NCBI RefSeq assembly: GCF_006345805.1
Contig: NC_043000.1
Coordinates: 82,150,001 to 82,214,000 of the forward strand
Source of the DNA: Octopus sinensis
Taxonomy: Eukaryota
Length of the DNA: 64,000 nt
Direction of reading: 5' to 3'
Positions 13,540 to 26,968 of this stretch are shown in pieces. The notes beneath the pieces are model-generated. The model was given only the letters and a program-made list of their open reading frames with translations. It did no database searches and was not told where the DNA came from. Position numbers and translations under genes: made by a program. Position 1 is the first letter of the stretch. Each line of letters begins with the position of its first letter.

Positions 13540-14039
13540 TAATCTTTGCACTTGTGATTTTTTAATGTTTTTACCCCCATACCTTCGTGGGTTATTTTGA
13601 GTAAACACTATCTGAGAGAAATTTTCTTTAAGTATTAGAAATGGCTAAAAAATTTTTTTTGGCTGCTATTTCTAATGAGTTCAGTATGTGGCAAAGTAAT
13701 TTATTTTACTAAGCCCTTTATAAAATGTAATATTTTGAATTCGCCTTAAATGGTCCCTTTACATACTGAATACTTGGTGAAATTGATTAATAATTAATTA
13801 ATTTTACCCTCAATTGTTGAAATTATAATTCATTTCTCTCTGTTTAATGCTTCGGTTTTCACCGATAAAACATGGTGTTTGCTAGTTTAGCCCACGTGGG
13901 TGGAAGGGGAGGGCAGAAATTCTTCGCTTGCATATTTTGAATTTGTTGGCACTGTTAGTTTGAACGGATCTTCGGAGGTGAAAAGTCGCCAAAAGGGTAT
14001 GCTCCTACTTTCAGTGTTTACAAATCCGAATTAAGAAAT

Positions 14040-14101
14040 TTTGAGCTGACGAAAGAAATGTCGAATTGTATTTGGCTGATCTAGAAACGTACGTTCTCAA
14101 A
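14040..14101 (+). ncRNA. Type I hammerhead ribozyme motif (copy 3)
   Basis: Identical to copy 2, 562 nt downstream. Confidence 0.7.
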
Positions 14102-14290
14102 TAATCTTTGCACTTGTGATTTTTTAATGTTTTTACCCCCATACCTTCGTGGGTTATTTTGAATAAACACTATCTGAGAGAAATTTTCTTTAAGTATTAG
14201 AAATGGCTAAAAAATTTTTTTTGGCTGCTATTTCTAATGAGTTCAGTATGTGGCAAAGTAATTTATTTTACTAAGCCCTTTATAAAATGT

Positions 14291-14350
<60 letters not shown>

Positions 14351-14749
14351 ATTAACAATTGAATTATGCCTTCTGAATTTTCATAGAGCTTGACTTTCTT
14401 CATCGTGACATTCAGTCCTGAATTTTGTAACATTTAGTACATGTTCCAAATAAATGTTGACTTTATTATGTACTTTGTTAAATTGGTGACGCATAGTAAT
14501 TTTTGGTAAATTGGTGACTTTCCCACGCTGGACTTTTTCTTTTGGAAATATTACCTGAAATAGATTTTTATAGCATAACTACGCTACAGAAAGTATGTTT
14601 TGCACCTATATTGGCTACATTCCATTTCGCTTGAAATTCGTGTGTGTATGTTTTACTGTTTTCGATATTATCAATTCTATGTGTCTATGTGTCTGTGAGT
14701 GTGTGTATGTGTGTGTGTGTGTGTGTGTGTGTTTCTGCGTTCGTTACAT

Positions 14750-15378
14750 CTATAGTAAACTATAGTAAATGACAGTTTACGCCGTTTTAATGAACCCACA
14801 TCTAATGAAGTAGCCATCCTTATGGATGGTGATTCCCTTGAAAATCGTGATATTCTCATTTGTGCTCGAAATAACAACCTTAAACGTGTTTCAGAGGCTC
14901 ATCCCTCTTATGATGCTCTCCAGTATCCTCTTATTTTGTGGAATGGACAAGATGCGTATCATTTCAATATTCCACAGATTGAACCTGCAACAGGAGAGCC
15001 AATTACAAACAAAAAGCTGTCCTCGACTGATTTCTATTCTTACAAACTGATCGGAACAATCAAATCAATTACACATGCATCGTGATCTGTTTCAACAATT
15101 CTTGGTTGATACGTATGCTAAAGTTGAGAGTCAGTATGCTAAAGTTAAGGACTAAAAATTATGTCCATCTCCAAGATGCTCTGAGGACAGATGGTGATAA
15201 TCAAAACATGGGACAACTTATAATCTTCCCCGTCATCATACACAGGTGGTCCTCGATATATATGCACGAACGAACACAAGATGCTATGACATATGTCAGA
15301 TCATATGGAAAACCCAGATCTTTTTGTCCCTTTCACCTGCAATCTTAAATGGGAGGAAATAAAATCTAACCTTCTTCC
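14750..15378 (+). pseudogene. Helitron Rep-domain fragment
   Basis: RRFNEPTSNEVAILMDGD..RDIL..LKRVSEAHPSYDALQYPLILWNGQDAYH..LFQQFLVDTYAK..SSYTGGPRYMHERTQDAMTYVRSYGKP..FTCN, with frameshifts. Confidence 0.9.
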
Positions 15379-15515
15379 AGTGTTGCATCTTCTGGTATCA
15401 ACGGGTGAAGAACTGCTCATTCCATGTTCAAGCGCCCTCTAAACCTTGCAATGAAAGAATCTCAAATGTGCAATATTTCCATACATACATATATATATAG
15501 AATAAAAGTATATAT

Positions 15516-15593
<78 letters not shown>

Positions 15594-15609
15594 TATATAT
15601 ATGTATATA

Positions 15610-15645
<36 letters not shown>

Positions 15646-15679
15646 CACATATATATATATTTTAATAATAATTTAATAA

Positions 15680-17582
15680 AAAATAAAGTAAAATGTACTG
15701 TTACTCACCAATAATGAATGATATTAATTTAAAACGATGATGATGAAAATACTGCACAGCAATGAAGATTTAAAGTTCTTCAGATGTCGCCTCTTTTTCA
15801 GGTGTTTTTCTTGGTGGGCTTGAAGAACATTATGATGGGAAGTTGCTGTCGTTGTTTCTTCATGGTGCCGTGGAGAGTTTTATATATCAACATTGAAGCA
15901 TCGATGGCATTTTTAAATTGGAGAGACCGAACCATATAGGGATCCCATGCTTCCGCCTTCCCTTGCAATTCCTCTGCTGCCCTTAAAAGGTCAGACAGGC
16001 CCACCTCATCCTCCACTTACTCTGGATCTGGAACTTCCTTCTCCTCTGCGCAGACAGACTTCGTTAATTCCAACAAATCCTCGTCTGTCAGGGTTTCAGA
16101 GTGGGCATTGATGAGGTCGTTCACCTCATTTTGTGTGATGTCGTCAAAACCTTCGCCACCAAGTACCTTTGCCAGTTTCACCGCATTGACAACCTTGTGC
16201 TGAATATCTTCAGGTGAGAAGCCCTTGTAGTCCTGAACACACTCTGGCCACATTTTCTTCCAGCATGCGATGAGGGTTTCTGTTTTCATGTCGTTAAGAG
16301 CAGCGTAGATGACCGACATGCACGTTGCGATAGTGAAGTTACACCATTACTCCTTTAACTTGAAATTCTCGTCCGAATCCATTGTGTCCACAAGGTGTTG
16401 GAGAGAGTTCCGAGTGTAAAGAGCTTGAAGGCACGGATCACGCCTTGGTCCATAGGCTGAAACAGGGAGGTGGTGTTGGCAGGGAGGAACTAGACTTGAA
16501 ATCCCTCATGATTCAAATCCAAGGAGTAACCACCAGCATTATCCATAAGCAACACATTGAATTCCATGCAAACATTTTGGGAGGCATTTCTTGGCTTGCG
16601 GGATGAAGCATTGGTGGAACCAATTCAAAGTTAGTCTTTTTGTAATCTAGGTCTTGAAGTTGTGCATCCAGTGGAAGGGAAGCAAGTTTTTATTCTTATT
16701 TTTTAAGGCCCTCGAATTCGCGGACTTGTAGATAAGTCCTAGTTTCATCATGAAGCCAGCGTCACCCTGTCCTTCTGTGCCTTAAATGCTGGGGTTCTGG
16801 CTTTGTCCTCCATAATGTGCACTCTGGAAGGCATGTTCTTCCAGAACAAGCCAGTTTCGTCCTTACTGAAAACCGGTTCCGGCTTATATCCTTTGTCCTC
16901 GATGATCTACCTCAAGGTCTCGAGGTACTTCTCGGCGGCTTTTTTTGTTGGCTGATATCTCTTCATGCAGGAAAACACACTCTATTTTAAGTCGTTTCTG
17001 GAAACAGTCAAACTATCCCTTGCCGCTTTGAAAAATCTCGGGTTCCGGTGCTGTGAATGGTCTTGATTGCAGTTCTTCGGTGCCTTCTGCTTCGTCTCTA
17101 CTGGAATAATTTCCGCGCTTTCTCGCTGATGATGTTACTGCTCAACGGATTTTTTTCTTCTAGCGGTCACTGATCTACAATTTCAAAGCAAATTCCTTTC
17201 TCACAAACTGCTTATTTCTCACTATCGCTATCTTTTTGACATGTTCACAGAAACTTACTGTTACGGTAGTCTTGATCGTCACCTCGCTCTTCTGTATGTA
17301 GCGTACGGTGCCTTCGTTGACAACATAATAGCGACCTACTGCAGCATAATTCTTACCTTACCGGAATATATCCAAGGCGTTTGGGCGGCATCTTAGAGCT
17401 TTAATAACACTCTACGGAAAACACAGCACTCAACAAAATAGCCACTGGACGCAGTTTCTCCAACAAAAAACCTACAAAAAGAAAACTTGATTACGGCCTA
17501 TACCACCAAAGTGAGATTGAGCAGAGTTTTAAAATAATCAGGATTTTGAAAATTTTGTTTGTATTACCACTGGACAGTAATC

Positions 17583-17661
<79 letters not shown>

Positions 17662-17994
17662 GAGAGAGAGGAAACAGCAAGTAAACTGATTTCACACATA
17701 CACTAAAGAGTGTATATGTGTGAAATATAGATAGATGTCGCTATACTAATTAGCAAGCTTTCATAAGATACAGTGCACTAAAACAATCAAGCATCGTGAT
17801 GCGCGGCTATTCTAAGTAGAGCGACCTTCAGCTGCGAAGGTGCATCCAGTAAACAGGCAAATACGGTATATTATTATTATTAATAATTTAACCTTAAAAA
17901 GTGTAGAAAAATATATATTGCCATGAACAATGCGAACAATTATTAGTTTCGTGAGACCGCGAATGCCGAAACGCGAATATGCGGGGGTATACTG
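15680..17994 (-). mobile_element. Tigger/pogo (TIGD1-like) DNA transposon, disrupted transposase
   Basis: Minus strand: DETGLFWKNMP, FKAQKDRVTL, FLPANTTSLFQPMDQGVIRAFK, ACWKKMWPECV, KQRQQLPIIMFFKP. TIR-like CAGTATACCCCCGCATATTCGCG at 17994 next to TA. The second TIR was not found. Confidence 0.9.
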
Positions 17995-18057
<63 letters not shown>

Positions 18058-18066
18058 ATATATTAT

Positions 18067-18153
<87 letters not shown>

Positions 18154-18260
18154 ATTATATATATATATGTATATATACATATATACATATATATATATAT
18201 ATATGTGTGATATGTATATATGTATATATATATATATATATGGATGTATGGATGTATTTA

Positions 18261-18303
<43 letters not shown>

Positions 18304-18330
18304 GCATGTGTGGATGGATGCGTGCATGTA
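17995..18330. repeat. Long compound (TA)n microsatellite
   Basis: Seen directly. Confidence 0.95.
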
Positions 18331-18429
18331 TGTATTTGAGACTATTTGATGTGCTCAAAATTTTACAGAGATGGAAACACTAATACTATTTTCTGATAAA
18401 AAAAATTATCAATCGACGAATCAGAGTTA

Positions 18430-20225
18430 ATAAAAATCTTACAACAAACAACTGAAGAGAATTTTTTTGTCTTTCTTACCAACAACGATATCAATTATTT
18501 GATCATCATTTTTGCCAACAGACATGTTGGCTTACTTTCGGTCAATATTTAGCATTGGCACACTGTCCCTTTGTGTTTGACTCATTATACTCCTTAGATA
18601 CGTCAGCGTTCGTCTGTGATCATAGGAGCGCTCTGCAAAGCACTTAGCAGGAATGGTTGCCAAGACATCAGCGATTTTGTTGAAGACTGCAGTACAAGAT
18701 TGTTCTTGTAAACTGTTTCAAGATCACCCAATGCATTTGCCTGTGAATTCAATTGATATGTACTGTCTATTAGAAACTTTGTGCAAATAGCCTTTTCTGA
18801 CTTTAGGAGTCTCACATAACTTATCTAATACATCAGGCTGTCTGATAACTGTGTGTAACACAATTTCCTTGTGTAATAGCTGTTATTCTCTATTTGCTTC
18901 AGTTCAGAAAGTATGAAAAATTGCTAATATTTCCTTCAAACTTCGCTTTAGTTACACTTATTCAGACCTAAAAGACTCCCTCTAAACACATGGCTATGAT
19001 GCTCCCCTACTACTCCTACACATCATCAGAGATGCACTTCTAGTCTGCCACTAAGAGACATACTCAAGTGGTTAAGGTCAAGCAACTGACAAGCAAATCT
19101 ATGATAGTGAACTATAACGATATTTGCTATTACAATATTTCTGCTTCAGCAACTTGGTGCTGAATCTGTCTGAAATGTGATGGAAAATATGCCAGTTTCA
19201 AAACATTGATATCCAAGTCACAAACGCATAGTTTGAAGAGATTAGTAGTCATTTCCTTTGAATTCTAGATAGATGCAAATAGGAAATAACGCATACTGAC
19301 CAAAGACAAAATAAATAAATAAACATAGGAGTGGCTGTGTGGTAAGTAGCTTGCTAACTAACCACAAGGTTCCGGGTTCAGTCCTACTGCGTGGCACCTT
19401 GGGCAAGTGTCTTCTACTATAGCCTCGGGTCGACCAAAGCGATTGATATGCAACGGCAGTCTTCATCAGTTTGATCCAACGGCACCAACATTGTTTACTC
19501 ACCAACTAATACTTTTATTGACGGACCCGTTTTTCTCAGCGGAATTCTTACTTCCTTGAATGTGAATGATGTATTTTGGCTGATTTCTTTGATATTTCCA
19601 AAGTACTTTTTTTTTCATTTCTGCAGTTGCCAAGATCTTTCTTGGTTGCTTTACCTATTTGTATATCTGTTATATCATTTACAGTCTTTCTAAAATATAT
19701 TTGTTGAGGCTGATTGTATTTCGCAGTATTATTTTAAGCACAACCATTCTAATTAAAAAATATAAAAAAATCATTTAGCGTTTTCAATAATACACTGCTA
19801 ATTGTATATGGTTTGGGGTTTTGCCAATATATTTACGATAAAAATGCTTCTTTATACTAAGACAACGTTAATACACTTTGAGATCTAAATATCCGTGAAA
19901 GTTTCTGTTGACCTTGATGCCTTCAAATGCGCATGTTGTTAGGGAGTGACCTTTAGAAAGTTGTAGAAATTCTGAATAGTTTCTGAGGAATTACGGAGAG
20001 GTCCAGCGTCTTGGATAACAAGATTTAAGAGCTAATAAATAACAATGGACCTATATGGCAAGCAAAGAACATGCCTCCAATATTGTTGCACTAAATCTTT
20101 ATAAAAACGTTCATATTTGCTGCACCAACTAAACATTCCTCAACAATTTTGTTAAATATCACCTCACTAACTCTTAGAGAATACATCCCCCTTAACAAAG
20201 TGTTGCATAGAATCCAATGAAAGCA
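18430..20225 (-). pseudogene. Decayed hAT transposase (Zaphod/ZMYM1-like), interrupted by a SINE at 19323
   Basis: Minus strand: GAANM..LNLVIQDA..TIQNFYNFLK near 20150-19950 (frameshifted), and the dimerisation domain ADVLATIPAKCFAERSYDHRRTLTYLRSIMSQTQRDSVPMLNIDRK near 18680-18535. Confidence 0.7.
19323..19440 (+). mobile_element. SINE family A, 5' part
   Basis: AGGAGTGGCTGTGTGGTAAGTAGCTTGCT...GGCACCTTGGGCAAGTGTCTTC. Confidence 0.9.
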
Positions 20226-20518
20226 CCAGTGTAACACTGGTGTCGATGTAATCGACTAGTCCCCTCCCACCAAATTTCAAGGCCTTGTGCCTTCAGTAGA
20301 AAGGATTAATATTATTATTTATATTAATTCTGCATGAGAATACATATTTCTGGTCTGGTCTCAGAATAGTAGTAGAGCTATATCCTTTGTGGTAACCATC
20401 CATGGAGAGTGCTTCTAAGTGGTCACTTGACTAGTTAGAAATAGCAGCCAAGTATTCTTCGGACATTACCCACCTAAGACCGGACGGTGCAACTGGAAGA
20501 GAAAAAGAAAGACAAGAT

Positions 20519-20928
20519 AGGCGTAGGAGTGGCTGTGTGGTAAATAGCTTGCTTACGACCACATGGTTCCGGGTTCAGTCCCACTGAGTGGCACTTTGGG
20601 CAAGTGTCTTCTACTATAGTCTCGGGTCAACCAAAGCCTTGTGAGCGAATTTGGTAGACGGAAACTGAAAGAAGCCCATTGTATATATGTATATATATAT
20701 GTATGTGTATGTGTGTGTATATGTTTGTCTGTGTTTTTCCCCCAGCATGGCTTCACAACCGATGCTGGTGTGTTTACGTCTCCATAACTTAGCGGTTCGG
20801 CAAAAGAGACCAATAGAATAAGTACTAGGCTTGCAAAGAATAAGTCCTGGGGTCAATTTGTTCGACTATAGGCGGTGCTCCAGCATGGCCACAGTCAAAT
20901 GACTGAAAGAAGTAAAAGAGTAAAAGAG
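20519..20928 (+). mobile_element. SINE family A, full length (~410 bp, tRNA-derived head, CORE-like segment)
   Basis: GGCGTAGGAGTGGCTGTGTGG..GGTTCAGTCCC..TTGGGCAAGTGTCTTC..internal (TA)/(TG) tract..GGCGGTGCTCCAGCATGGCC..GTAAAAGAG tail. Confidence 0.92.
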
Positions 20929-21949
20929 TATTCCTGGAACGCCTTTGATCAGAGATTTGCTTGCTCTGAGCTGGCCCGGGGTTAAACGACAACCTGCTAG
21001 AAATATCAGGTAAAACCTCCCTTAAATTACACCCTAGCACCTTAAAAGAGGGAAGAAAACATTAGATAACGTTACTGGTATTCATTATAAAAGAGGGAAT
21101 GCTCACGAGAGGAACCCCTTTGATCATAAGTCTTCTTTCTTAAAGTCTATCTGAGATTAAAGAAAAATGACAATTTGCACATCCACTTGAAGTGGGGAAG
21201 GATATATATTGGATAATGTAGCTCTAGACATACTGTGTATTAATAAAAGACAGAAAAATATCTTTGAGCAACAACAACAACTAAACCGCCACCACCACCA
21301 CCACCACCACCACCACCACCAACAACAACAGCAACAACAATGTGGAAGTCTTTTCTTGGTGTTATTCAGCTACAAATACCAAGTGAATATCCTTCCAATC
21401 ACACTTATTACTGTCATAGGGATGTAATAGATAATGTAACCCTAGATACACCATGTTTATATGTGGCCTTTCATTTCTGTCCATTCAATCTTACTTTCAA
21501 ACATAGTGTATCTAGAACTATATAATCCAGTGTGTCTCTCTTTGTTTTAAGCAGTTGGATATGTGATTTGAGGGAGGTTTGCATGTTATTTCAAGCAAAT
21601 CGATTGAACGCAAATGGGAAATCACATTGAACCGATGTCACTACAATTGATAATGCTTCTGGTATTCTTGAGTTTTCACTACCATCACCACCATCACCGT
21701 TTACCATTGCTGCTGTTGCTGATACATATGTCTGCTACTGCTACTGTTGCTGCTAGCAGGCTCAGATCAATCGCTAAAAGAACTGTAGCATAGCTATATT
21801 TGTAGCAAATTTCTCTGTCTTTAATTCCTGATTCTACTTCCAGTTTCAGGTTTACGCTACAGGAAGTACGGTTTTTCCCTCGTCCAGTTGTCTCGTAGTA
21901 AATTAGTCAAGCAAAAAAAAAAAAAAAAAAAAGGCGAAAATCCATGGTC

Positions 21950-23100
21950 GAATTGGAGATTTCAGAATCGAAGTGAATATTCAATGGAGACTTTGGACGG
22001 ATAAATGTTAATAGCTGAAAAAGAATACGGTGATGGAAGGACATAGGAACGCGCTCCAAAGAAAATATAACATCAGATACTGAAGATTTCAAGGTGTTGA
22101 AGAAGGCAAATTAAGGTAGACTGAGGTGAAAAAATAAAAAGTTAGCAACCAACAAAGAATAAGCTGAACAAACTCTTCAGGAATAATGAATGGAAATTTT
22201 ACCATTAGCTGAGCAGCGAATATAAACACCTGGGAAATGATGCACTAAACGCTGAAGTTGTAAAGAACTTTTTAGCTAAAAATTTGGAGCAAAGAAGTTC
22301 AATATAAGAGGGTAGCGGAGTGATTACAAACATTTAAAAGTGGAAAGACAAGAGGGCTTAGATGTTAATGAAAATGTTTAAAAATTAAAAACGATTCTTA
22401 AAAAAAAAAAAGAGATTGGGAAGTTTCCAGCCCCGATGGTGTTGAAGGCCAGTCAATTAGATCGACTCCAGTACGCAACTGGTACTTAATTTATCGACCC
22501 TGAAAGGACGAAAGGTAAAGTCGATCTCGGCGGAATTTGAACTCAGAATGTAAAGACAGACGAAGTACCACTAAGCATTTCGCCCGGCGTGCTAATGTTT
22601 CTGCCAGCTCGCTGCCTTTCAGATAAAGACAAGAATGGGGAAGTCAGTAATTATAGACCAATTGTATGCTTACTGTTGCTCTGGAAATTACTAAATGCAC
22701 TCATAGCAGATAAATTGTATAACTTTCTGCAGAAGGAGAATCTATTGCCAAAAGAACGAAAGTCAAGGGGAACGATTGATGTGTTGGATATCAATAGCAT
22801 GATACCAAATGAGGAAGGAACAAGAAAGAATTCAGCTTTTAGTACGACAGACTACTAGAAAGCATACAATAATGTACCACATCAAATGCTTTAGGAGAAC
22901 CTGGAGTTTCTCTGTGTTAATGAGAAGATGAACAGTTATCTTTAATGATTATTCCCTTCCGCACTTTCCATGATGAGATCATGAAAAGTGCAGATGTGGG
23001 AAAAGGAATGGAATATTTCAGGAAGACTTACTCTCCATTACTTTATGTGGTTGCGTTAAATTCCTTTCACAAGGACACTGAGAAAATTTAGGCCTGCCAA
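21950..23100 (+). pseudogene. R4/Dong-clade non-LTR retrotransposon RT fragment, interrupted by a family-B SINE
   Basis: NKLFRNNEWKFY, SSPDGVEG, SNYRPIVCLLLLWKLLNALIADKLYNFLQKENLLPKE, RKSRGTID, DY.KAYNNVPH. Confidence 0.8.
22442..22617 (-). mobile_element. SINE family B
   Basis: Reverse complement of the family-B head and body. Confidence 0.88.
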
Positions 23101-23307
23101 TGAGCTTGCTAAAATTAGGATAAAATAAATAATTTACTATAGACATCGAAAATAGAAAACCGAATTATTCTTACTGAATTTAGTAGATATGCCTTCTGCA
23201 CCCATTCCCAGATTAAGGGCTACTTTTCCAAGATTTTCTCTCAAATTTTCCGTCACATTTTCTATAGCTTCCAGCAGTAATTGAAAGCTTCTAACAATAG
23301 GAAAAGG

Positions 23308-23511
23308 AAAAGTTAAGTAACCTTTATATATTTCAGGCACAAAGTCCCATCACCAGACGTGAACGGCTTAGAAATGTAAGTTTACCATGTTGACTGCCCG
23401 TCCAGCTATCATCATGGCAAGATCTATATAAACTTACATTTCTTAGCCGTTTCCCTCTGATAATGGTTCTTCGAGCCTGAAATATATAAAAGGTTTCTTA
23501 ACTTAACTTTT
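23308..23511. repeat. Imperfect ~200-bp foldback; each arm carries a hammerhead-like relic
   Basis: Arms 23308-23383 and 23430-23511. Right arm CTGATAA-T-GGTT-CTTCG-AGCC-T-GAAATATATA; left arm (minus) CTGGTGA-T-GGGA..TGCC-T-GAAATATATA. Confidence 0.7.
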
Positions 23512-23649
23512 TTGTAAGTTCTTCGTCTTCATTATTTGTTATTTTTTACTTCTGTATCACAAGGCTTCCAGCAAATTGCAACACTCTTCTTTCATTATTA
23601 TTATAAATTTTATTTTTTGCAAGGATTATGTGAAATGACATTATAACGA

Positions 23650-24760
23650 AAAATAATTAAAACTGCTTGGCCCAATTACGAAACACTGCAGATCTAGGAT
23701 TACTCAAACTACCAAGAGTATGTGCCCTTTGCCAGCTGTAAATCTTGAAGTATGAAAACAATGATTCTTTGTACAAAGTAAAACTTCGGTTTCAATACAC
23801 AACGATTTTATCGAGAGGTAGGTTAAAAAAGTAAAATAGAAATCAATAAAACACCAACCAGAAGTGACATAGAAGAATTCTAGGAAGGAGTGTGGAAAGC
23901 AAAGCAACTGCCAAGGACGAGCTTGTTCAAAACAACGAATAAAACCCCTAGAAAATTGCGGGAGGTGATATCAACACAAGAACACAAGAAGTAGTAAAGA
24001 GGTTGAGAAAAAACTTGGAGGAGCCATAAAAGAATAAGATCCCAATCTGGTTAACAAATTTAGCAGATACATACGACGTTCTGGGAGAGAACTGTAATGA
24101 GATACTAAAGGAGTTGGAAACAGCGTTTGACACGGTCATTAACAAGAGAAATACCATCTTAATTTTCATGACCAAAGAAATAGCAAACCCTCAAAAGTAT
24201 AAATCCGTAACTTACCTTCCTACAGTTTATAAAGCCCTAAAAGCAGTTCGATCACCGAGACTAAATAAAACGTCGGAAAATGTCGATTTCCAGAAGAGTA
24301 GAAGGGATACTACTAAGGCTGATTGAACTATAAAGATGAATCGTTGATCAACAAATGTATGAATGAAATTTGTAGACAGAGAAAAACAATTGGTCTGAGC
24401 AATGCATGAACTGACTATCAAAAGGCTATTGTCAGTACCTCCATACATGGACCCGTGAAATACTAACCATGAGTATTATGGTAGCACTAATAACAGATAG
24501 GTGTATTAAACACTCCATGACCAAATGATTAACAATTCTGCTGATAGAGATAAAAGTGAGAAATATCAAAACATTGTTCATAGGGATTCCATGTCTCCGC
24601 TCCTTTCTATCTGGTGATAAAACACTTGAACAACATGCTAAACCAGGCTTGCTCAGATACACTATGGGAAGAGGGAATACTCAACCAGCTTTTGCATATG
24701 GACGGTCTTGGACGATTTTAAGTTTAAAGTTAAGTTGGAAAGATATTTGATTGTTGTACA
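23650..24760 (+). pseudogene. Second, more diverged R4/Dong-like RT fragment
   Basis: KNKIPIWLTNL, NPQKYKSVTYLPTVYKAL, QKSRRDT; collinear with the RT region at 22600. Many stops and frameshifts. Confidence 0.6.
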
Positions 24761-25761
24761 GGATTAAAGTCTACCCAGAAAAAAACTTCCATGGCTTGTA
24801 ATGAAGCGGAAAAAGAAGACTATATATATTATATGAATACACTTAAAACAAACTTCTTACGCAGAAAGACTGCTTGAACTTTATAGCATTACAGGGAAGA
24901 AAGCAATGTGAACTCGGGTGGAATTTGAACTCAGAAAACAAAGAGATGTTAGTAAATATTCTATACCATTCAGTCAGATTTTCCAGCATTTCTGTTAATC
25001 CATCTTTTCCGTTCTGTAAGGAGCCCCACATTATCTCTCTCCTCCTCTCAATCAACAACACCTTGTGACCAAGAAATCAATATATAGTATCTGTTAAATT
25101 AAGCTTAACCCGCCTATTTAAACTGAATAATATTTAAACAACATTGTTATTTGTTATTCTGGTATTCACTTTTCAATATCAGCGATCGAATAATAATACT
25201 TCTCAAATATAACCTTGGGGATTGAAAAATCTGAAACTTTTACTATGATACCTAACATACACAGAGATGAGTGAATGTGAGTGTATATGTGTGTACATGT
25301 GTGTGTGATTGTATTTGTATGTGTGTGTCTGTGTGTGCGTGTGTGTGTGTGTATGCGTGCGGCGTGTGTTTGTGTGCATGCGTTTGTGTATGTTTGTGCG
25401 TGTTTGTGTGTGTGTGTGTATGTGTGTGTGTATGTGTGCGCGTGTTTGTGTGTGCGGTGTGCAAATTTGTATGACCAGAACGAAGCGTGATGAAACTTCT
25501 GTTTCTGTACAACGGCCATCAGAATATATCCTCTTCCGTTGACTGTATTAAATAATGGGTTAGTAAAAATATACATCCATAGAATATACCTGCTTTTGTT
25601 ACGCATTCAATCCTCCTTATTCGTCATACTGCCGTATTCGTCATACTACCAAACACATCAGATAAAAAAAAAAATTATCTGTTATACGAACTCACTGATG
25701 CAACTAAACGAACACTGACCCAGTTCTAGCTCTATCGATTTGGTTGTTTCCCTGTTTACAG

Positions 25762-25854
25762 ATTTACAAATGGATTGGCGCAGTGTCTGTCTGTATGTCG
25801 CTTTAAACATGGCCAAATGGCAATGATTTCAAGGCAGAATGAGTGATTACTCAG
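25762..25854 (+). other. Candidate spliced exon (unrecognised product; possibly 5'UTR plus ATG at 25839)
   Basis: Acceptor TTGTTTCCCTGTTTACAG and donor CAG|GTACTG. All three frames stop, but ATG AGT GAT TAC TCA G runs into the donor. Confidence 0.25.
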
Positions 25855-26348
25855 GTACTGTACAACTAGGTCAGTCTATTAATGAAAAAAAACGAAGAGA
25901 AAATAGAATAAAGATTAAACTGTTTCGTTTGGATATTCCAGTGGATGAGTTTCTTGGAGTTTAAAATGTAAAATAGCTTCAAATTTTGTGTTACATTTCA
26001 TTTCAGCTCCTACTATGACAGAACAGAAAAAAAATTCTGGAAAGAAAAATGGCGACGAGAAATAAATTACAAGCAGGAGAGGAAAAAAATGTTTTTTTTT
26101 TATCTAAACATTTCGTTCATTTTTGCAGGAGGTAAAATAAAAAAAAATAAATTCGATTTTTCAGAATATAAAGATCTTACATCATTTACACCACAGCCGA
26201 TAAAATATTCAAAATTTTGCAGTTAACAAAATATTAGAATTTTTGCAGTTGATAAATATACTATGTCATAGAAGATATCGTGTGATAATATATACCCATG
26301 ATATTGAGGTGATAAAATATATTGCAAACCATATATAATAAAAATGCA

Positions 26349-26349
<1 letters not shown>

Positions 26350-26383
<34 letters not shown>

Positions 26384-26399
26384 TATATATATATATATT

Positions 26400-26435
<36 letters not shown>

Positions 26436-26441
26436 CATACA

Positions 26442-26475
<34 letters not shown>

Positions 26476-26571
26476 CGTATATATAAATACATACATATAT
26501 ATACATATATACACATACATACATACATACATACATACATACATACATACATACATACATACATACATACA

Positions 26572-26603
<32 letters not shown>

Positions 26604-26878
26604 AACTTAAGCACAGATATGATAAGATATGCATTTTTGGTATTGATTTATTATACCTGTGTCACAGATAACATATATTATGTTTTAAAAAATGATTTTA
26701 AAAAAATAGACAACGTTGAAATGGTTAAAAATGTGCCATATTGCAAACAATAAATTACACAATCTTAGAGAGGATAAAATTTTTATATTTTTCAGACAAT
26801 GAAAATATTGGAAGTTGCAGACGATGAAATATTCAAAACTACTGACGATAAAATGCGTGTGCTTGCAAACCGGTGTGT

Positions 26879-26968
<90 letters not shown>

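Larger units (their letters stand above)
12857..14290. mobile_element. ORF-less pLTR/retrozyme-like element: 435-bp inverted arm plus about 1.6 tandem copies of a 562-bp unit, flanked by (TA)n on both sides
   Basis: 12857-13291 is the reverse complement of 13392-13827. The unit start GAATTTGTTGGCAC occurs at 13377 and 13939 (period 562). 13292-13364 re-copies about 12999-13072. Confidence 0.85.

Noticed and set aside
18598-18712. Plus-strand AG-preceded frame IRQRSSVIIGALCKALSRNGCQDISDFVEDCSTRLFL* resembling a death-domain terminal exon
   Set aside because: The opposite strand encodes a recognisable hAT dimerisation motif (AERS..TYLRS.MSQ), which explains the sequence better.
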